The translations under genes and the position numbers were made by a program. A stretch of 64,000 bases of DNA from Callorhinchus milii (taxonomy: Eukaryota). The DNA is taken from the NCBI RefSeq assembly GCF_018977255.1, contig NW_024704743.1, positions 30,568,001-30,632,000 of the forward strand, written 5' to 3'. A model generated the notes under the pieces. It made no database searches, was not told where the DNA came from, and was given only the letters and a program-made list of their open reading frames with translations. Positions 63,868-64,000 of the stretch are shown one piece after another. Numbering within the stretch: the first letter of the stretch is position 1; every line of letters starts with the position of its first letter.

Positions 63868-64000
63868 CCAATTCGTTCCCTCCCTCACCTCATTCAAGAT
63901 CTGTCTCAAGACCTACTTCCTTGACCATCCTTTTGGGCACTTTTCCCCTCACCACCCACATTCCCATCCCGGGTGCCCAGCCAGTAATGGTAAGCGCTTT
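63868..64000 (+). mobile_element. L2 3' end fragment running off the window
   Basis: ttcaagatctgtctcaagacctacttccttgaccat...taagcgcttt. Confidence 0.75.

Overview
Vertebrate non-coding genomic DNA. The repeat set (abundant L2 and CR1 LINEs, Deu-domain tRNA SINEs, Penelope-type short repeats) points to a cartilaginous fish, possibly a chimaera; this is an inference. No host protein-coding exon could be recognised. All ORFs with recognisable homology are decayed L2/CR1 ORF2 fragments. The first ~2.4 kb is TE-free and CpG-enriched and looks like a promoter/5'-exon region. The rest looks like a long intron or gene desert with TE-free CNE-like islands. Most notable observations: (1) a young tRNA-Ala-headed SINE that appears chimeric, with a CORE-like 5' body joined to the 3' half of an older co-resident Deu-SINE and an L2-type tail; (2) two Penelope-type ~125-bp inserts whose consensus is a minimal hammerhead ribozyme; (3) three ~86-107 bp local direct duplications at retro-insertion sites, one with fold-back filler that forms a pre-miRNA-sized hairpin; (4) several copies of an AmnSINE2-like ancient SINE; (5) palindromic and multi-hairpin repeats; (6) strong minus-strand bias of long LINE fragments. 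Family names were recalled from memory and need Dfam/Repbase confirmation. Coordinates of decayed repeats are approximate.
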